Shown here in pieces: positions 59,939-64,000 of a stretch of 64,000 nt of DNA. The notes beneath the pieces are model-generated. The model had not been told where the DNA came from. It saw only the letters and a program-made list of their open reading frames with translations, and did no database searches. The DNA lies in the NCBI GenBank assembly GCA_963748035.1, contig CAVVHO010000009.1, positions 30,949 through 94,948 of the forward strand, in the 5' to 3' direction. Numbering within the stretch: position 1 is the stretch's first letter; every line of letters starts with the position of its first letter. The translations under genes were made by a program, and so were the position numbers. Source of the stretch: an uncultured Gemmatimonadales bacterium. GTDB lineage: Bacteria > Gemmatimonadota > Gemmatimonadetes > Gemmatimonadales > GWC2-71-9.

Positions 59939-62346
59939 CCGCCGGCTTCGGGCTGGTGGCGCTTCCGCTGCCGCTGGCCCAGCCCTACGTGTATCAGATC
60001 CCAGAGAGCCTCGTCGATCGGGTCGTTCCGGGCGCTCGCGTCGTGGTGCCGGTACGCCAGCGTGAGATGATCGGTCTGGTGACTGCGCTGGTCGAAATCC
60101 CCCCGGAAAGGGAATTACGCCGCATCCTCGCCGCTCCCGACGAGGAACCGGCACTCTCCGCCGAGCTGCTCGAGTGCGTAGGATGGATGGCGGGCTACTA
60201 CGGAGCGCCGATCGGTCTCGCGCTCCGTACGGCGCTGCCGAGCGCCATGTGGGGAGCCTCCCACATCGTCGCGTCCCTCGTAGGTCGACCCGTCCCGGGT
60301 GGAGTTGCTGGAGCGATCGCTGTCTGGCTTGAGCGTAAGGGTGGGGAGGCACCAGTGGCCGCGATCGCCCGCGGGCTCAAACGCCCGGTCTGGGACGCGA
60401 TCAACCGACTGGCCCAGGTCGGCGCGATTACCCTGCGGGTGGAGGCGCCAGAGACCGAGGCCGCGCGTCAAACCGAGCGGGTCGCGCGTCTGACAGCCCA
60501 AGCTCCGACTCTTGGCGAACGGGAGGCCTTGCTCAAGCGGAGCCCGGCCCAGAAGGCGCTGTTGGAGACGCTCGAGGATCTTGGCGGCGTCGCGCCGGTG
60601 CGGCACCTGGTCGGCCAGCTCGGTCTTTCCCGACCCGCCTTGGCGGCCCTGGAGAAGCGTGGCGCGATTCGGGTGGACCAGGTCGAGACTGCCCGTGATC
60701 CCTTTCGCGATTTCCCCACGACGCCTCCCCCGCCCACCCCGACACCGGACCAGAGCGCGGCCGTTGCGGCAATTGCAGCCCTCTCCCCTGGGGACGGCGC
60801 GTTGCTCTTTGGGGTGACGGGCAGCGGCAAGACCCTGGTATACCTCGAAGCGATCCGAGCGGCGCTGGCCGCCGGTTCTGGCGCGATCCTGCTCGTCCCG
60901 GAGATCGCGCTTACGCCCCAGACCGTCAGCCGGGTGCGCGGCGCGTTCGGTGACCAGGTCGCAGTGCTTCACAGCGGCCTGTCCGAAGGGGAACGGGCCG
61001 ACCAGTGGCGGGCGCTGCGCCGGGGAGAGCGATTGGTGGCGGTGGGTGCCCGCTCTGCGGTGTTCGCTCCGGTCCGAAACCTCGGCGTGCTGGTGGTGGA
61101 TGAAGAGCACGAGGCGAGCTACAAGAACGGCGAAGCCCCCCGCTATCACGCGCGAGATGTGGCGATGGTGCGCGCCCGAGTGGAGGGCGCGCGCCTGGTG
61201 CTGGGCAGCGCTACTCCATCCCTTGAGAGCATGCACAAGGTCGGTGATCGCCTGACGCTGGTGCGGCTGCCGGAGCGGGCCGGCGCCCAACCGCTGCCGC
61301 CGGTCGAAGTGGTGGATCTCCGAGTGGCGCCGCGGCTGCGCGAGGCGGGCGCGCTGCCCTGGTCCGAACGGCTGGACCAGGAGGCCGTGCGCTCGCTGGC
61401 ACGGAAGGAGCAAGTCCTCTTGCTCCTCAATCGGCGCGGGTATGCGTCGATCCTGCAGTGTTCCGCCTGTGGCAACGTGCGGAACTGCAGTCGCTGCAGT
61501 ATCGCGTTGACCGTGCACCAGACGCCCCCCGGCCTTCGCTGTCACTACTGTGGCCGCGACGAACCGATTCCGCCCGCCTGCCCTGAGTGCGGCGGCCTGG
61601 TGCAGCGGATGCGGGGTGTCGGCACTCAACAGCTGGAGCGGTTCCTCGCCGAACGCTTTCCCGATGCGAGGATTGCGAGGATGGATCTGGATACTACCAG
61701 CGCCAAGTGGTCGCACCAGACCATTCTCGACCGGGTTGGCCGTGGTGAAGTGGACATCCTGCTCGGCACCCAGATGATCGCCAAGGGATTGGATTTCCCG
61801 AACGTAACGCTGGTGGGTGTGGTGGACGCGGATACCGGCCTGCATCTTCCCGACTTCCGGGCGGCCGAGCGGACCTTCCAACTCATAGCTCAAGTTGCCG
61901 GTCGGGCAGGGCGGGGGCCCAAGGGGGGGAGAGTGGTGGTGCAGACGCGGAACCCCGACCACTATGCCTTGGTCGCCGCTTCGCGGCACGATGCCGAAGG
62001 CTTCAGCGCGACGGAGCTTGCTCAACGCCGTGAGCCGCCCTATCCGCCACTGGCTTCCCTCGTGAACCTGGTGCTCTCAGGCGAGGCTGAGAGGCGGGTT
62101 GCCGATGCGGCGGCCGAGGTGGCGCGATGGTGCGGCGCCCTCGTTGCCCGACAGGGTCTGGCTGTAGAAATTCTGGGCCCGGCGCCATGCGTCTTGGCGC
62201 GTATCAAGGATCGCTGGCGCTGGCACGTCGTGCTCCGGGGTGAGACTGGGACCATTGGGCGGATCGTCCGCTACGCAGCGACGAGGTGGCCCGAGCCCGC
62301 CGGGGTGCGAGTCGCTGCGGATCGTGATCCGGTGAGCCTCTTGTAG
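59935..62346 (+). CDS. priA: Primosomal protein N'
   Basis: GVTGSGKT, LVPEIALTPQ, DEEH, four CxxC pairs, GTQMIAKGLDFP. Confidence 0.97.
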   Translation: MTAGFGLVALPLPLAQPYVYQIPESLVDRVVPGARVVVPVRQREMIGLVTALVEIPPERELRRILAAPDEEPALSAELLECVGWMAGYYGAPIGLALRTALPSAMWGASHIVASLVGRPVPGGVAGAIAVWLERKGGEAPVAAIARGLKRPVWDAINRLAQVGAITLRVEAPETEAARQTERVARLTAQAPTLGEREALLKRSPAQKALLETLEDLGGVAPVRHLVGQLGLSRPALAALEKRGAIRVDQVETARDPFRDFPTTPPPPTPTPDQSAAVAAIAALSPGDGALLFGVTGSGKTLVYLEAIRAALAAGSGAILLVPEIALTPQTVSRVRGAFGDQVAVLHSGLSEGERADQWRALRRGERLVAVGARSAVFAPVRNLGVLVVDEEHEASYKNGEAPRYHARDVAMVRARVEGARLVLGSATPSLESMHKVGDRLTLVRLPERAGAQPLPPVEVVDLRVAPRLREAGALPWSERLDQEAVRSLARKEQVLLLLNRRGYASILQCSACGNVRNCSRCSIALTVHQTPPGLRCHYCGRDEPIPPACPECGGLVQRMRGVGTQQLERFLAERFPDARIARMDLDTTSAKWSHQTILDRVGRGEVDILLGTQMIAKGLDFPNVTLVGVVDADTGLHLPDFRAAERTFQLIAQVAGRAGRGPKGGRVVVQTRNPDHYALVAASRHDAEGFSATELAQRREPPYPPLASLVNLVLSGEAERRVADAAAEVARWCGALVARQGLAVEILGPAPCVLARIKDRWRWHVVLRGETGTIGRIVRYAATRWPEPAGVRVAADRDPVSLL

Positions 62347-62357
62347 CGAGGAGAACG

Positions 62358-62867
62358 ATGACCGAGGACGTCGGCACGCTGTACCTGCGAGATGTCACCG
62401 AGCGCTTCAAGGCACACAAGAAGCTGGGGGAGAAGGCGATCGCCCAGGTCTACGACAGCGGCCTGACCCGACAACTCGATGCCGAGAGCAACAGCATTGC
62501 CGTGCTCGTCAAGCACCTGGCCGGGAACATGCGCAGCCGCTGGACCGGATTCCTCACCAGTGACGGGGAAAAGCCGGACCGCGACCGGGATGGCGAGTTC
62601 GAGGCCGTAGCGGAGGTCGACCGCACCCAACTGCTCGACATGTGGGACGATGGCTGGGCCCGTCTATTCGAGACCCTTGCCACCCTCCGACCGGACGACC
62701 TGACCCGAACCGTGATTATTCGGGAACGCCAATATTCAGTCGTCGAGGCGATCAACATCCAACTGGCCCACTATGCTTACCATGTTGGCCAGATCGTACA
62801 GCTAGCGCGACATCTCGCAGGGAACTCTTGGAAGACTTTGAGTGTGCCGAGGCGGAAACCGGTTTGA
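62358..62867 (+). CDS. DinB superfamily protein (DUF1572-like)
   Basis: NSIAVLVKHLAGNMRSRW, RDRDGEF, HYAYHVGQI. Confidence 0.88.
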   Translation: MTEDVGTLYLRDVTERFKAHKKLGEKAIAQVYDSGLTRQLDAESNSIAVLVKHLAGNMRSRWTGFLTSDGEKPDRDRDGEFEAVAEVDRTQLLDMWDDGWARLFETLATLRPDDLTRTVIIRERQYSVVEAINIQLAHYAYHVGQIVQLARHLAGNSWKTLSVPRRKPV

Positions 62868-62910
62868 GTGGGTCTCCGCCCCCTTCGCGTCATTCAAGCA
62901 CAGCATGCCC

Positions 62911-64000
62911 TCAACGAATGGGCGCCGCCCATCCAATCTCCCCACCGAGGTACCAGTTCCGACCCGGCGCGGTCTCGAAGACCCGGTTGAGCGCGCCGTT
63001 GAGGGTGAATGAGCTGACGTACTCCCGGTCCCACAGATTGTTGATTCCCACGAACGGCCGGACCCATGCCCCACCGACCCGTCCCTCCCAGCTCAGTCGA
63101 ATATTGCTTACTCCATTGCCAAGCCCCCGGATCTCCCCGGTCGCTGACGATCCCAACCCCCCGACTGAAAGCGTGTTGCGGTCGTCGGCGAACATGGATG
63201 TGGCCATCGTGTGATCCATGTCGAGGGTCACTCCACGTACGGGGCCGGCACGGAGCCCCAGCCGGATGAACCCTTTCGGCACACCAGGGGCCTGTTTGCC
63301 ATCGAGGGTGTCGACCACGATTGCGTTGTTGACCGAGCGGGCGATTCGGTAGGTGCCGAACCGGAAATTTGAGTAGGTGTAATTGCTGAATAGCCGCAGA
63401 CTCGGGGTAACCTGGCCGCTCAACCCGAGCTCCAACCCGTCGTTTTTCACCCGGCCGGCATTGGTGAAGTAGGCGCGACCGCTTACTTCCTGATATTGGA
63501 CGATGGCGTCGCGTATCCGACTGACGTAACCAGTGGCCGTATAGGTCAGCGGGCCGATCGTGCCGCGGGCACCGAGTTCGTAGTTCACGGTGCGCTGAGG
63601 GTCGAGCGAGGAATTGAACCCGCCAGTGGTGTTGGGCTGGTTGGCAAGTTCGGTCGTGGTCGGCGTCTCGAAACTGGTGGAGACGTTGACGTACGGACTG
63701 AAGCGGGGATCCCGCACCCAGGTGATCCCGCCGTTGGCGGAGAAGGCGGACATGGTCCGGTCCCCGCTGTTGTCGGTCCCATCGCTCAGGTGATTGTCCG
63801 CGACATCAAACTTCACGTTGTCGTATCGCCCACCGACTCCGAAGACGAGGTCCGAGACCGGGCTGTAGTGCACCTGAACAAACGGGCCGATCTCTGTAAC
63901 GCGCTCCCGCTGATCCAGGATCGAGGTGTCGGGGACTCCCGCAACCGCGCGAAAGTTGGCCCGATCGTCGCGAAGCCGTTGAAAGTCCACCCCGGTAGTA
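62911..64000 (-). CDS. TonB-dependent receptor, C-terminal part (5' end outside window)
   Basis: GGRYD, SFETPT..EL, NYELG, GINNLWD, APGRNWY beta-barrel motifs. Confidence 0.9.
   Translation of the reverse strand, partial: TTGVDFQRLRDDRANFRAVAGVPDTSILDQRERVTEIGPFVQVHYSPVSDLVFGVGGRYDNVKFDVADNHLSDGTDNSGDRTMSAFSANGGITWVRDPRFSPYVNVSTSFETPTTTELANQPNTTGGFNSSLDPQRTVNYELGARGTIGPLTYTATGYVSRIRDAIVQYQEVSGRAYFTNAGRVKNDGLELGLSGQVTPSLRLFSNYTYSNFRFGTYRIARSVNNAIVVDTLDGKQAPGVPKGFIRLGLRAGPVRGVTLDMDHTMATSMFADDRNTLSVGGLGSSATGEIRGLGNGVSNIRLSWEGRVGGAWVRPFVGINNLWDREYVSSFTLNGALNRVFETAPGRNWYLGGEIGWAAPIR

Overview
GC-rich bacterial chromosomal window, most likely Gemmatimonadota (inferred from protein style and gene order; no database search was run). 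About 60% is the core translation/transcription supercluster: cysS, four tRNAs, rpmG-secE-nusG-rplKAJL-rpoBC, a three-gene accessory insert (OmpA/TSP3 protein, YpfJ-like metallopeptidase, Ig-fold S8 lipoprotein protease), then the str, S10 and spc operons through secY-adk-map, where the cluster breaks before infA. The rest holds housekeeping genes (trpS, purA, glyQS, priA), a type IV minor pilin cluster, a secreted beta-propeller cluster (LVIVD plus two YncE-like genes) and a small operon with a ubiquitin-like gene and a deacetylase. The main unexplained signal is a family of 13 intergenic elements made of tandem 7-mers (one 8-mer), 12 of them paired with their reverse complement to form long hairpins. 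The unit sequences differ but the architecture is shared, and many sit at operon junctions and synteny breaks. Also notable: RpoB carries Asn at the rifampicin-pocket His526 position, EF-Tu has a non-canonical switch I, and there are five apparent single-base frameshifts (probably assembly errors, although two fall at equivalent positions in paralogues).
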